64,000 bases of DNA from Acidobacteriaceae bacterium (GCA_049693715.1 JBAVQC010000317.1:6441-70440); one strand, 5' to 3'. Shown: positions 38,245-48,279, counted from the stretch's first letter. Program-made: numbers and translations. The notes: generated by a model not told the origin, from the sequence alone.

Positions 38245-39948
38245 TTACCTCTGGGGATTACCCACGGGTGCCTGATAGACAGTCTGTCCATCGACCACCG
38301 TCCGCAATACGCGCGCCTTGAGAATCTCACGCGCGCCCACGGTCGTCAGATCGCGATCAAGAACCACGAAGTCGGCTACAAATCCCGCGGCCAGCCTACC
38401 TTTATATGTATCCGAAAATTCCGCATACGCCGAGCCCTGGGTATAAGCCAACAGGACCTGACCGATGGTCAGCTTGTCCTGTGGAAAGTAGCTGCGGTTG
38501 CCGGCCTCGTTGCTGCGGGTGACTCCGGCATAAATGCCGCGGAAGGGGTTAATGGGTTCGACCGGGTAATCCGTCCCGAAGGCCAGCGGCACACCAGCAT
38601 CCAAAAACGCCTTCCATGCATAGGCGTCGCGTGCCCGTTGCGGGCCGAGTCGCGCCTCCGCCCAGTTCATATCCGTAAGCAAGTGGCTGGGCTGCATGGA
38701 TGACACGACGCCCAGAGCTTTATAACGCGGGATATCCTGCGGCTCGACCACCTGGGAATGCTCGATTCGTTCGCGCCTGGCGGGAAAATCCGCAACATTC
38801 CGTGCTGCAGCGGCGAAGGCGTTAAGCGCCATCTCCACCGCCCGATCGCCAATAGCATGAAAGCCGATCTGAAATCCGGCGGCGACACGCTCCTTGGTCA
38901 TCGCATCGAGCTGAGCCTGCTGGTAACGCGGCAGTCCGCTGTTGCCGGGATCGTCGGCATACGGCGCCAGCAAAGCGGCGGTTCGCGAGCCGAGGGACCC
39001 ATCCATGAAACCCTTCAACATTCCCGTATGCAGCATGCGGTCGGCGGCCGGTTGAGCAGCGCGTTGTGCCTCAAGGAGCGTGACGGGATCCTCGAACCGC
39101 AACCACTCCGTAATCCGCACCTTCAATCTGCCTTCCCGCTCCAGTTCCTGATAGACCAGGAAATCATCCCAGCTGGAATTGTCCTGAACCGATGTAACGC
39201 CATGCGCGGCTGCATCGTCGATCGCCAACAGGATCGCCTGTCTGCGCATCTCGTGCGTGGGCGGAGGAACATGCTGCTGAATCAGATCCAAAGCCCGGCT
39301 CTCGCGGACTATCCCCGTCAGCTCGCCGTGGGCGTCATGATCGAACTGGCTGCCCGGCGGATCCGGAGTTTGCCTCGTCACCCCCGACATCGCGAGCGCC
39401 ACGGAATTGGCCACCGCGATATGCCCGTCCACGCGGACAAAAAATGCGGGGTGGCCATGGGAGACGGTATCGAGATCCTGCCTCGTGGGCAACGTCTGAC
39501 CGGCCCACAAAGTATGGTCCCAACCCCCGCCCAGCAGCCATTGTCCCGGTAGAGCGTGATCCGCGGCGGTGCTCACCCGTTTCAGCATGTCCGCCAGGGA
39601 AGTGGAACCGGTCAGATCGACCGCGAGCTTATTTTGCCCCGCATAGGCCATGTGTACGTGGGCGTCGTTGATACCCGGCATCACGAAGCCGCCCTTCAAG
39701 TCAAAGAGCCTGGTCCCAGATTGCTTTTGCCGCAGGACCGTTGCATCGTTTCCCACGGCGACAATTTCATGTGCTCCGACTGCGATGGCGGTCGCCCTCT
39801 GTCCGTGCGCTTGACCCAGACCCACACCGGTAAGCACGTTACCGTGGTAATAGATCGCGACCACCGGAGGTGGCGTGGCTGCGAGCAGAGGAGCCGCCAC
39901 CAAGAGGCAACAGAATGACCAGCTTGGGGTCCAATGAAAACGGATCAT
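38245..39948 (-). CDS. Secreted amidohydrolase family protein (Amidohydro_3/YtcJ-like)
   Basis: 567 aa with a signal peptide and the metal motif INDAHVHMAYAG. C-terminal amidohydrolase blocks include FGTDYPVEP. Confidence 0.8.
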   Translation of the reverse strand: MIRFHWTPSWSFCCLLVAAPLLAATPPPVVAIYYHGNVLTGVGLGQAHGQRATAIAVGAHEIVAVGNDATVLRQKQSGTRLFDLKGGFVMPGINDAHVHMAYAGQNKLAVDLTGSTSLADMLKRVSTAADHALPGQWLLGGGWDHTLWAGQTLPTRQDLDTVSHGHPAFFVRVDGHIAVANSVALAMSGVTRQTPDPPGSQFDHDAHGELTGIVRESRALDLIQQHVPPPTHEMRRQAILLAIDDAAAHGVTSVQDNSSWDDFLVYQELEREGRLKVRITEWLRFEDPVTLLEAQRAAQPAADRMLHTGMLKGFMDGSLGSRTAALLAPYADDPGNSGLPRYQQAQLDAMTKERVAAGFQIGFHAIGDRAVEMALNAFAAAARNVADFPARRERIEHSQVVEPQDIPRYKALGVVSSMQPSHLLTDMNWAEARLGPQRARDAYAWKAFLDAGVPLAFGTDYPVEPINPFRGIYAGVTRSNEAGNRSYFPQDKLTIGQVLLAYTQGSAYAEFSDTYKGRLAAGFVADFVVLDRDLTTVGAREILKARVLRTVVDGQTVYQAPVGNPQR

Positions 39949-41294
39949 GCTTTGCCGGCCGCTCCAAGGGAGGGAGCAACGTGATCCAAAGCCAGCAACA
40001 GGAGAAGAAGGATGCGCTTCAGCGCCAGCTCGCGGCCGCTGGCGTCATACCACTCTCCGCGCGTGTGGATGCCTCCACCGTCACCGCCGGCGCCGATGCT
40101 GAGCGCCGGGATACCCAGGGACAAGGGAATATTTGCGTCGGTGGAGGCGACCCGCTGCTCGGTCCGAATACCCAGGTGGCGGTCTACGGCATGCAGGGCC
40201 TCAAGCAGCGGGGAATTATCAGCCAGGCGCCCGGCGGGGCGATCCCCAATGCGGTCGATCAGGAACTGAAGCGGTCCAGGACTTGATGCAGAATTTCCAC
40301 TCGATCCGGAATTCGGGGCGCTCAACCCACGACCGGCGGTGGAACCCGCTCCCGTTGCTCTATTTTGGGTGGTCCGCCCGGACGCATTGGCGAGCAGCAC
40401 TGCATCTTCCACCGCGCGATGCAGTTCCACTTCCAGCCGGACTAACTGCTCCGCTTCCAGGCTGCGCAAGTCAAAGCGGGCGGTGGCGAATTCAGGAATT
40501 GAGTTGACGGAGCTGCCACCTTCAATCGTGCCGATGTTCAGCGTAGTGCGTGGCGACGGGGGCAAAGCAACTTCGCTCAGGGCCGCGATCGCCCGGCTCA
40601 GGACCACAATTGGATTCGGAACGCCGGCATCCGTCCACGAATGGCCACCCGGACCCTTCATGGTGACCAGGAAACGGCGGCTGCCGAGAGCCTGGGTGAC
40701 CACGACCTCGCTTCCCGCGCCATCCAGCACCACATTGGCGCCGATGCGTTCCCGCCACGGGGAGGCACCGTAGAGGTAGCGCATGCCGCGAAGATCGCCT
40801 TCGCCTTCTTCGCCTACATTGCCGGCAAAGAGCAAGTCACAGGGAAGCTCGATGCCACAGCTTTCCAACGCAGCGGCCGTGGCCAATAGGCCGGCTACCC
40901 CCGCGCCGTTATCGCATGCCCCGGGCGCTTGCAGACGATTGTGCTCCAGCAACGGGGCAATCGGAGTGTGAAGGGGAAATACTGTGTCGATGTGAGCCGA
41001 CAGCATGACGCCTCGCTGTCCGGCTCGCGATCGATTGCCCGGATAACAACCGAGTACATTACCGACAGAGTCGATCTCGACCTGCTGCAGCCCGAGTTCG
41101 CGGAAACGCTCGGCCAACCACTCTGCGCGTCTGCTCTCGCCGAACGGGGGCGCCGCGATCGACACCAGTTCCTGCTGCCACTGCATCATCCGCCGCTCAT
41201 GCAAGTGGAACCACTGGAACGCCGCATGAACGCGCGGCAGCGAAGCCAGTTGGCCGATGCGGGAAAAAGCTGAGTGGGTAACGGCGCCGGACAT
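39945..41294 (-). CDS. M20 family metallopeptidase
   Basis: 449 aa with HIDTVFP, GACDNGAG and EEGEGD metal-ligand contexts. The stop overlaps the amidohydrolase start by 4 nt. Confidence 0.8.
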   Translation of the reverse strand: MSGAVTHSAFSRIGQLASLPRVHAAFQWFHLHERRMMQWQQELVSIAAPPFGESRRAEWLAERFRELGLQQVEIDSVGNVLGCYPGNRSRAGQRGVMLSAHIDTVFPLHTPIAPLLEHNRLQAPGACDNGAGVAGLLATAAALESCGIELPCDLLFAGNVGEEGEGDLRGMRYLYGASPWRERIGANVVLDGAGSEVVVTQALGSRRFLVTMKGPGGHSWTDAGVPNPIVVLSRAIAALSEVALPPSPRTTLNIGTIEGGSSVNSIPEFATARFDLRSLEAEQLVRLEVELHRAVEDAVLLANASGRTTQNRATGAGSTAGRGLSAPNSGSSGNSASSPGPLQFLIDRIGDRPAGRLADNSPLLEALHAVDRHLGIRTEQRVASTDANIPLSLGIPALSIGAGGDGGGIHTRGEWYDASGRELALKRILLLLLLALDHVAPSLGAAGKA

Positions 41295-41327
41295 AGCAGA
41301 CCCTCAGAGTAGCATTCTCTCTCGCGG

Positions 41328-42083
41328 TCAATGATTCAGGTAATCCACGTTGACCAGGAACAGCCCGTGTGCGGGAGCGGTCGGCCCGGCGTCATCGCGC
41401 GAGCGAGCGGCGAGGATGGCCGGAATTTCTGTTTCTGCACGATTTCCTCGACCCACTTCGAGAAAGGTTCCCACCAGGTTCCTCACCATGTGATGGAGGA
41501 AACCATTTCCACGCACCCGATAGACAAGCAAACCCGACTCGTCCACCCACTCCGAAGCATGGAGGCAGCGCACATTGCTGCCCGCGTCGGAATCGCTGGC
41601 GGCAAAGGAGGTGAAGTCGTGCTCGCCCAAAATCATCCGGGCGCAGCGTTGCATCGCATCGACATCCAGTCGTGTAGGCAACGCATATACATAACGTGCC
41701 TGCCAGGGAGGACAAATCTTTCCCCGAAAAATTTTATACTCGTAAGTTTTTGCCCGGGCGCTGTGTCGCGCGTGAAAATCGTTTGCCACCCGCGCAGCCT
41801 CGAGCACCCGAATTGCTGGCGGCAGAATGCGGTTCAGCGCGCGGACAAGATTGGCCTCGGGGATAGGCGCCGCGAGCGCGAACGATGCCACCTGGCCCAG
41901 GGCATGCACCCCCGCGTCGGTTCGGCCGGAGCCCTGGGGCAGCACGTGTTCGCCGCTGATGCGGGCGAGAGCATCACGCAACAGTCCTTGCACTGTCAGG
42001 CGGTCGGGTTGCACCTGCCAGCCATGAAAATCGGCGCCGTCGTAGGCCAGCACCAGCTTCCACATCCGGGCCTCAGTCTGCAT
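41328..42083 (-). CDS. truA: tRNA pseudouridine(38-40) synthase
   Basis: LAYDGADFHGWQ and SGRTDAGVHA motifs. Start taken at ATG 42083; ATG 42065 is an alternative. The track ORF extends to 42173. Confidence 0.9.
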   Translation of the reverse strand: MQTEARMWKLVLAYDGADFHGWQVQPDRLTVQGLLRDALARISGEHVLPQGSGRTDAGVHALGQVASFALAAPIPEANLVRALNRILPPAIRVLEAARVANDFHARHSARAKTYEYKIFRGKICPPWQARYVYALPTRLDVDAMQRCARMILGEHDFTSFAASDSDAGSNVRCLHASEWVDESGLLVYRVRGNGFLHHMVRNLVGTFLEVGRGNRAETEIPAILAARSRDDAGPTAPAHGLFLVNVDYLNH

Positions 42084-42358
42084 GGGAAGATTTCCGCCTG
42101 CCCGTGATCGCGGGCAGGGCATTTTGCAACCGGCGCTGCGATATACTCGCCAAGAGCCAGCGAGCGCCGGCAAATCTATGGAACGAATCGCCGGCCGGCA
42201 GCGTAAATGGTTTCATGCCAGGAAACCGTAGTTCATCCGGCCCCCAACGAGCGAAAACTAGAGTCATCGGGCGATCATGCCGCATCTGCCATGCTAGCTC
42301 CTAATTAGATTAGAACGGCGAGGGCCTGAGGCCTGACCCCCGAGATTTTGACCCTACG

Positions 42359-44620
42359 ATGAAAAATTCAGAATCCCGTCGCAATTATTATGGCCTTCCC
42401 AAGCTGCTCTCACGGTGGTGTCATCAGCATGGAAGACGGTCGTTCAGCAAACTTCAAGCATGTGTAGCCATCGCGTCCATGCTGAGCGCGTATTTGCCTC
42501 TGCCCGTCATGGCGCAACAAGCGCAGTCGCCTGCCGCCGCAGCGGCTCCGCCAGCACCGGGTCTTCCCCCGGCGCCGGCGCCGAATTACACCCCGCTGCT
42601 GTCCACTCGGTCGGGCGGTCGGGACTTCTCCAAGTCTCCCCGGGTTTTTCCCAACTACCTGAAGACCTGGGAGCCCATTACGCTCGCGGCGCCGGTGACC
42701 AGCAATTCCCAGCGTCTGGATGCCCTGGTGCACAGCGGAAAGATTTATCTGAGCCTGGCGGACGCCATCGTTCTAGGCCTCGAGAACAACTACGATATTG
42801 CCATCCAGCGCTACAACCTTGATATTGCGGACACTGAGCTGCTGCGGGCCCGCGCCGGTTCGAGTCTTCTGGGCGTCCCCGCCGGCCTGGTTCAGGGCAC
42901 GCTGGGTGGAACAGGGAATACCTCAAGCTCACTCACTTCCGGCGGTGGTCCAGGCGGCACATCGACTGCGACCGGTGGTGCTGCGGCCGGGGCGGGAGGT
43001 ATCAACGTCTCGACCAACGGCTCTGGTCCGGCACCGGAGGTGCTGGATCCGGTGCTTACGGGAACGCTTCAGCTGGAACGGACAACCACTCCGGAGCCGA
43101 CGCCTTTCGCCAGTGGTGCTCCGACCCTGAACCAGAACCAGAACACCTATAATTTCAACTACAACCAAGGCTTCGTCACTGGCACTCAGCTGCAGATCTC
43201 CTTTAATAATAGCCGCACCACCACCGACAGCATATTCAATGCCTACAGTCCCCAGTTGCAGTCGGCGTTCAGGGCGACGGTGACGCAGCATTTGTTAAAT
43301 GGATTTGGTCCCGGTATCAATGGCCGCTTCATCCTCGAAGCCAAGAACAACCGCCGCATCACCGATTCCGCGTTTCGTTTGCAGATTCTTTACACGATTA
43401 ACCAGATAGAGAACATTTACTGGGCCCTGGTGAGCGACTACGAGGATGTGCAGGCAAAACAGCGGGCTCTGGAGCAGTCCGCGCGCCTGGCTTCGGACAA
43501 TCGCAAACAGTTGCAGATCGGCACGCTGGCTCCGCTCGACGTTCTGAATGCGGACAACCAGGTGTCGACGGATACCCAGGCGCTGATCACGTCCCAGACC
43601 AGCCTTGAGTATCAGCAACTGATCATGAAACAAGCGATCAGCCGCGATTTGAGCGCTCCAGCCTTATCTGGCGCTCCGGTCATTCCCACCGACCGCGTTT
43701 CGCTGCTGGAGATGCCGGAAGAGCGAACTCCAGTCGAAGATCTGGTGCAAAAGGCGTATGCCAACCGTCCGGAGATCGAGCAGAACATCCTGAACCTCCG
43801 GAACGATGAGATCACGCTCCGCGCGACCAAAAATAATCTTTTACCATCGGTCGACTTATTCGGATTTTATGGCGCCTCGGGTCTGGGCGGTGCGAGGAGT
43901 CCGTTTTGTTCTACCCAGTTCTTCGGTGCTGCAGCCTGCGATGTTCCCACGATTGGCTATGGCACAGTATTCACGAATCTGTACAACAGCTCCGGGCCCG
44001 ATAAGGGAGGCGGCCTCAGTGTGAATATTCCCCTGCGCAATCGCACCGCGCAGTCGTTGCAGGCTCGCGCGCTGCTCGAATATCGGCAGGCGGAGATGCG
44101 GCTGCAGCAGCTCTATATCCAGGTGAGGATCCAGGTCATCAATGGTCAATATGCATTGACCAACGATCGAGCCGCGGTGCAAGCGGCACTGGCTGCGCGC
44201 GAATACAACTACCAGTCCTATCAAGCGGAAGTGAAGAAGCTGAGGTTGGGCGCGTCGACTACGGCGAATGTATTGCAACAGGAACGTAATCTCGCCACGG
44301 CGGAAAACAACGTTATTTCCACCGAGGCGACCTACGCGAAAGATCGCGCTTCGCTGGAACAGCTGCTGGCACAGACGCTTGACCAGTACGGGATTCAGCT
44401 CTCCGATGCGGTCAGCGGCACGGTAACCAAGGAACCGGTCATTCCCGGATTGGAACCCGCAAAAGCCGCGCCGGAAGCAAGTGTCCCCGGCCAGCAACAG
44501 CAACTGCAACATACGGAGGAGATGCCTCCCTTGCCGGTGATGCCGGTCCAACCCAAGCTGACGCCCGAAGAGCAGCAAAATCTGCCGCCGGATACACCCC
44601 CAGCGACACCGCCACAGTAG
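42359..44620 (+). CDS. TolC-family outer-membrane efflux protein with Pro-rich C-terminal tail
   Basis: 753 aa with a signal peptide and two TolC-type repeat halves (..LSLADAIVLGLENNYDI.., ..LVQKAYANRPEIEQ..). No adjacent pump or adaptor genes. Confidence 0.8.
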   Translation: MKNSESRRNYYGLPKLLSRWCHQHGRRSFSKLQACVAIASMLSAYLPLPVMAQQAQSPAAAAAPPAPGLPPAPAPNYTPLLSTRSGGRDFSKSPRVFPNYLKTWEPITLAAPVTSNSQRLDALVHSGKIYLSLADAIVLGLENNYDIAIQRYNLDIADTELLRARAGSSLLGVPAGLVQGTLGGTGNTSSSLTSGGGPGGTSTATGGAAAGAGGINVSTNGSGPAPEVLDPVLTGTLQLERTTTPEPTPFASGAPTLNQNQNTYNFNYNQGFVTGTQLQISFNNSRTTTDSIFNAYSPQLQSAFRATVTQHLLNGFGPGINGRFILEAKNNRRITDSAFRLQILYTINQIENIYWALVSDYEDVQAKQRALEQSARLASDNRKQLQIGTLAPLDVLNADNQVSTDTQALITSQTSLEYQQLIMKQAISRDLSAPALSGAPVIPTDRVSLLEMPEERTPVEDLVQKAYANRPEIEQNILNLRNDEITLRATKNNLLPSVDLFGFYGASGLGGARSPFCSTQFFGAAACDVPTIGYGTVFTNLYNSSGPDKGGGLSVNIPLRNRTAQSLQARALLEYRQAEMRLQQLYIQVRIQVINGQYALTNDRAAVQAALAAREYNYQSYQAEVKKLRLGASTTANVLQQERNLATAENNVISTEATYAKDRASLEQLLAQTLDQYGIQLSDAVSGTVTKEPVIPGLEPAKAAPEASVPGQQQQLQHTEEMPPLPVMPVQPKLTPEEQQNLPPDTPPATPPQ

Positions 44621-44636
44621 CGGTTGCCTACATTCT

Positions 44637-44665
44637 CTATCTGACACCTTCGTGGTGTCAGATAG
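44637..44665. terminator. 12-bp stem hairpin just after the tolC-like stop (weak terminator candidate)
   Basis: The sequence is ctatctgacacc-ttcgt-ggtgtcagatag. No clear U-tract follows. Confidence 0.3.
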
Positions 44666-44695
44666 GGTCCGGCATCTTCCACGACGGTTAGTAGT

Positions 44696-44886
44696 CCTGG
44701 ACGGGTGCCCCTCGCCTCAGCGTACATGGGCCGGAAAAGATGGGGCGCAGCCCCCTTCCAATGCTTTGCTACAGACTGGAAGGTGCGGCCAAGAGCAAGA
44801 GTCCTTGCCCATTGAGTGAAAGCATTTGAAGAATTCATTTTCGGCCCATGTACGCTTTGGCGAACATTGATTGGCACCCGTCCAGG
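44696..44886. other. 191-nt long-range imperfect hairpin (candidate structured ncRNA or miniature inverted-repeat element)
   Basis: Three nested helices. 44696-44709 pairs with 44873-44886 (14/14). 44720-44738 pairs with 44838-44855 (18 bp, 1 bulge). 44755-44767 pairs with 44819-44831 (12 pairs, 1 internal mismatch). A side hairpin ggggc-gca-gcccc is also present. The overlapping track ORF 44395-45093 looks spurious. Confidence 0.35.
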
Positions 44887-45025
44887 GAAGAGGGCTTCGT
44901 TCTTTAGCTCCACCTCTGGCGCCGAACGAAAGGCGCGATTCGTCCCTTGTCGTTCGCCGAAAGATCGCTTGGTGCATACGCTGCGCGATAGCCAACGCCG
45001 CGATGCCGCGCCACCGGTAACATGA

Positions 45026-46339
45026 CTAACGTTCCGTGACCTGGTCGAGCAAAGCAAAGAACTCGGGAAAGGAAATGCCCGCGGCATCCGCACCCTGAAT
45101 CAGCGTGTCGCCCTCCGCCCGCAGGGCGGCTATCGCAAATGCCATCGCGATACGATGATCGCCATCCGAATCCACGACTCCGCCGTGCAGCCGCTGGCCG
45201 CCCGGCACATCGAGGCCGTCGTCGAATTCCTCTACTTCGGCGCCCATGGCGCGCAGATTTCTCGCCACCAGGGCGATGCGGTCGCTCTCCTTCACCCTCA
45301 GCTCGCGGGCATCGCGGATGCGAATACCGCCGCGGGTGTACGGTGCAATCGCAGCCAGTACCGGCAGCTCATCAATCAATTGTGCTGCCAGAGAACCACG
45401 AATTTCCGTACTGCCCAAGCCCTGGGACGGGGAAGTCAACTGCACGCTGCCAATTAACTCCCCCTGGTTCTCTTCCAGGTTCAGCACGTGAATCTTCGCG
45501 CCCAAACCGGTCAACACATCGAGCAGAGTCGCCCGGGTAGGATTCATCCCCAGCTGATCAAACACCAGGCTCGACTCCGGGAACAGCGCAGCCGCACACA
45601 AGAAGAACGCCGCCGAAGACATGTCGCCCGGTACCGTGGCCTCGATCCCGTGAAGCGTTTGCCCGCCCGCGATGGTAACGGTATCAGTGGTTCGCTGAAT
45701 CTCGCCGCCAAACGCGCGCAACGCCAGTTCGCCGTGATCGCGCGTGCGCACCGCCTCGCTTATCGTGGTTGTGCCCTCGGCCTGCAACCCGGCAAACAGC
45801 AATGCCGTCTTCACCTGGGCGCTGGGTACCGGCGTACGATAAGCAAGCCCGCGCAGCTTCGCACCCTCAATCTCAACCGGCGCATGACCATGCTGCAGAT
45901 GGATCGACGCTCCCATCTCGAGCAACGGCTTCCTCACCCGCTCCATGGGTCTGCGGTTGAGAGAAGCGTCGCCCTCCAGCGTGAACGCGCCGGCCTGTGG
46001 GGCCAGCAATCCGCTCAACATGCGCATGGTGGAACCGGAATTTCCGCAGTCCAGCACCACGCCCGGCGGAGTAAACGTGCCCGCGCAGCCCTGCACCTCC
46101 ACGGTATCTCCGGTACGAGTGATTTTGGCGCCCAGCTGCGCCATGCACTGCAAGCTGCTGGCGCAATCCGCGCCGGTAGAAAAATTATGAAAGCGGCTGG
46201 ATCCTGCGGCCATTGCCGACAGCATGGCGTATCGGTGGGAGATGCTTTTGTCACCCGGCAGGCGCAGCGTACCGAGCAGGTTGCGCACCGGATGAATGGT
46301 TCTTTCCGTGGTCTTTTCGATTTTCAGCGTGTCAGTCAA
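45026..46339 (-). CDS. aroA: 3-phosphoshikimate 1-carboxyvinyltransferase (EPSP synthase)
   Basis: 437 aa with the LPGDKSISHR motif and a typical EPSP synthase pattern throughout. Confidence 0.95.
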   Translation of the reverse strand: MTDTLKIEKTTERTIHPVRNLLGTLRLPGDKSISHRYAMLSAMAAGSSRFHNFSTGADCASSLQCMAQLGAKITRTGDTVEVQGCAGTFTPPGVVLDCGNSGSTMRMLSGLLAPQAGAFTLEGDASLNRRPMERVRKPLLEMGASIHLQHGHAPVEIEGAKLRGLAYRTPVPSAQVKTALLFAGLQAEGTTTISEAVRTRDHGELALRAFGGEIQRTTDTVTIAGGQTLHGIEATVPGDMSSAAFFLCAAALFPESSLVFDQLGMNPTRATLLDVLTGLGAKIHVLNLEENQGELIGSVQLTSPSQGLGSTEIRGSLAAQLIDELPVLAAIAPYTRGGIRIRDARELRVKESDRIALVARNLRAMGAEVEEFDDGLDVPGGQRLHGGVVDSDGDHRIAMAFAIAALRAEGDTLIQGADAAGISFPEFFALLDQVTER

Positions 46340-46359
46340 TAGAAACTCCCACGCTTATC

Positions 46360-48216
46360 CTAACCCGGGCCGGGGAGCACCTTCAGCACAATGACCGTTT
46401 CGTCGTCGAAGCGCTCGATTCCACCCTGGAAGGTGGAGAGCTCCTTGTAGATCGCGTCCACCATCTCCTGCGCAGTGCTCTTGACGTGGCTGGTGACCAG
46501 TGCAGTCAGCCGCGCGTCGCCGAACATTTCTTCCTTGTCATTCACCGCGTCCACGATTCCGTCGCTGAAGAAGATGACTGCGTCGCCGGGGCGGGTCGAG
46601 AGGGTAAATTCCTCGTAGTTGACGTCCTTAAACATGCCTAGCGGAAATCCCTCGGCCTGCACCGTCTCCACCTGTCCTCCGCGGCAAAACAGAGGCTGGA
46701 CTGCGCCCGCATTGGCGATCTGCAGCGTCTGCTTCTCATCGTTCCACACGGCGAAAACCATGGTTACGTATTGCGCATCCATCTTTCGTTCCTGCAGAGA
46801 GTCGTTGAGCTGCTTCAACATGGCTGCAGGAGAAAGCGCCTGGCTGGTGGCGGCGCGCATAATGCCGCTGATCAGCGCCGCATAGAGCGCCGCGGGAGCC
46901 GCCTTGCCGCTGACATCCCCCATGGCGATGCCGGTCCGTTCGTCGTCGTAGGGCAGAAAGTCGTAGAGGTCTCCGCCGATGGTCCGCGCAGGCAGAAACC
47001 TGGTGGCGAACTCAGCGTGCGGCTTGCGCGCAGGCGTTGGTGGCAGCAGACGCAGCTGTACTTCGCGCGCCATGTCGAGATCATGCTCCAGACGCTGTTC
47101 CTGCTGCGCCACCCGGCTATACAGCCGCGCGTTTTCGATCGCCACCGCAATCTGTGAGGTGAGCGTTACCAGGGTCCGCTGGTGATCCTCGTTGAAGTAG
47201 TTGACCTTAACGTGCTCCAGGTCGAGCACCCCGATCACCTTGCCCTTATAGAGCAGAGGCACCGCCATCTCCGAGCGAGTCTCCGGATTCACCATGTAGT
47301 AGCGCGCATCTTTACGCACATCTCCGGAGTAAATCAGCCGCCGCTCGCGCACCGCCGTTCCCACCAGGCCTCGATCCAGCGGGACGGTCTCGGAAGGCGC
47401 CACCAGGTGTCCAAAGCGCACGGCGTACTGAATCTCCAGCACTTGCTCCCGCTCATTTACCAGCAGGATGCTGAACATCTGGTAGTCGATGATGCGCCGC
47501 AGGAGCTCTCCGACGCGCTCCAGCAGGGGATCGAGATCGAGGATCGAAGTGACTTCCCGCGAGATTTCATTTAGCACCGCGAGGGTTTGCGCCTGCCGGG
47601 CCACGCGGGTGTAAAGGCGGGCATTCTCGATTGCCTGGGCCACGCGCGAGGCGGTCAATTCCAACAAACGGCGGTGTTCCGGTTGAAAGTAGCCAACCTG
47701 CTCCGATTGGAGGTCGATGACCCCGATCACACGATTCTTGACGATCAGGGGCACCGCCAATTCGGAGCGAACGTCGGGATTGGCGCTGATGTAGTTGTCG
47801 TCCTGGGTCACATCCTGCAGCAGAATGGATTCGCGGTGTTCGGCGGCCCGGCCGACGACGCCTTTGCCCACGCGGATCCGCAAGCGCTCGGCCTCTGGGG
47901 TATGTCCGATTTGAAACCGCATGCGCAGGTCGTTGGTCCGCTCGTTGAGCAGCAGGATGGCGAAGATCCTGTAGTCAATGACCGCGCGCACCAGGTCCGC
48001 GGTACGGTGCAGCAGGGTTTGGAGATCCAGGGTGGTGTTGAGGGCGTTCGCCAGCCGGATGAGGAACTCCGTTTGCAGCGGATCCACTTTGATTGAGCTG
48101 GGCAGGGGGAGAGCCTCTGAGCTGGGGCGGTAATCGCCTTCAAACGATTGCGTAGCAAGAGTTTGCGCCGGTTTTTTACCGGCCTCGGCATCGTCCTGGT
48201 CGCGTGGAGGAGTCAT
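46360..48216 (-). CDS. GAF-GAF-SpoIIE/PP2C serine phosphatase (RsbU-like)
   Basis: 618 aa with two GAF-like repeats (..VGRAAEHRESILLQDV.. and ..VGTAVRERRLIYSGDV..). SpoIIE motifs are IGGDLYDF, GDVSGKAAPAAL, NAGA, FSDGIVD and DDETVIVL. Confidence 0.85.
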   Translation of the reverse strand: MTPPRDQDDAEAGKKPAQTLATQSFEGDYRPSSEALPLPSSIKVDPLQTEFLIRLANALNTTLDLQTLLHRTADLVRAVIDYRIFAILLLNERTNDLRMRFQIGHTPEAERLRIRVGKGVVGRAAEHRESILLQDVTQDDNYISANPDVRSELAVPLIVKNRVIGVIDLQSEQVGYFQPEHRRLLELTASRVAQAIENARLYTRVARQAQTLAVLNEISREVTSILDLDPLLERVGELLRRIIDYQMFSILLVNEREQVLEIQYAVRFGHLVAPSETVPLDRGLVGTAVRERRLIYSGDVRKDARYYMVNPETRSEMAVPLLYKGKVIGVLDLEHVKVNYFNEDHQRTLVTLTSQIAVAIENARLYSRVAQQEQRLEHDLDMAREVQLRLLPPTPARKPHAEFATRFLPARTIGGDLYDFLPYDDERTGIAMGDVSGKAAPAALYAALISGIMRAATSQALSPAAMLKQLNDSLQERKMDAQYVTMVFAVWNDEKQTLQIANAGAVQPLFCRGGQVETVQAEGFPLGMFKDVNYEEFTLSTRPGDAVIFFSDGIVDAVNDKEEMFGDARLTALVTSHVKSTAQEMVDAIYKELSTFQGGIERFDDETVIVLKVLPGPG

Positions 48217-48279
48217 ACAAATATCGAGTCATCATAGAGCATTTGGTCGCGAAACTGGTTTACGGTGAACGGCGCCGGT

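Noticed and set aside
44395-45093. 232-aa minus-strand ORF spanning the tolC-aroA spacer
   Set aside because: No protein-like motifs. It overlaps the tolC 3' end and the structured 191-nt element. It is better explained as non-coding.
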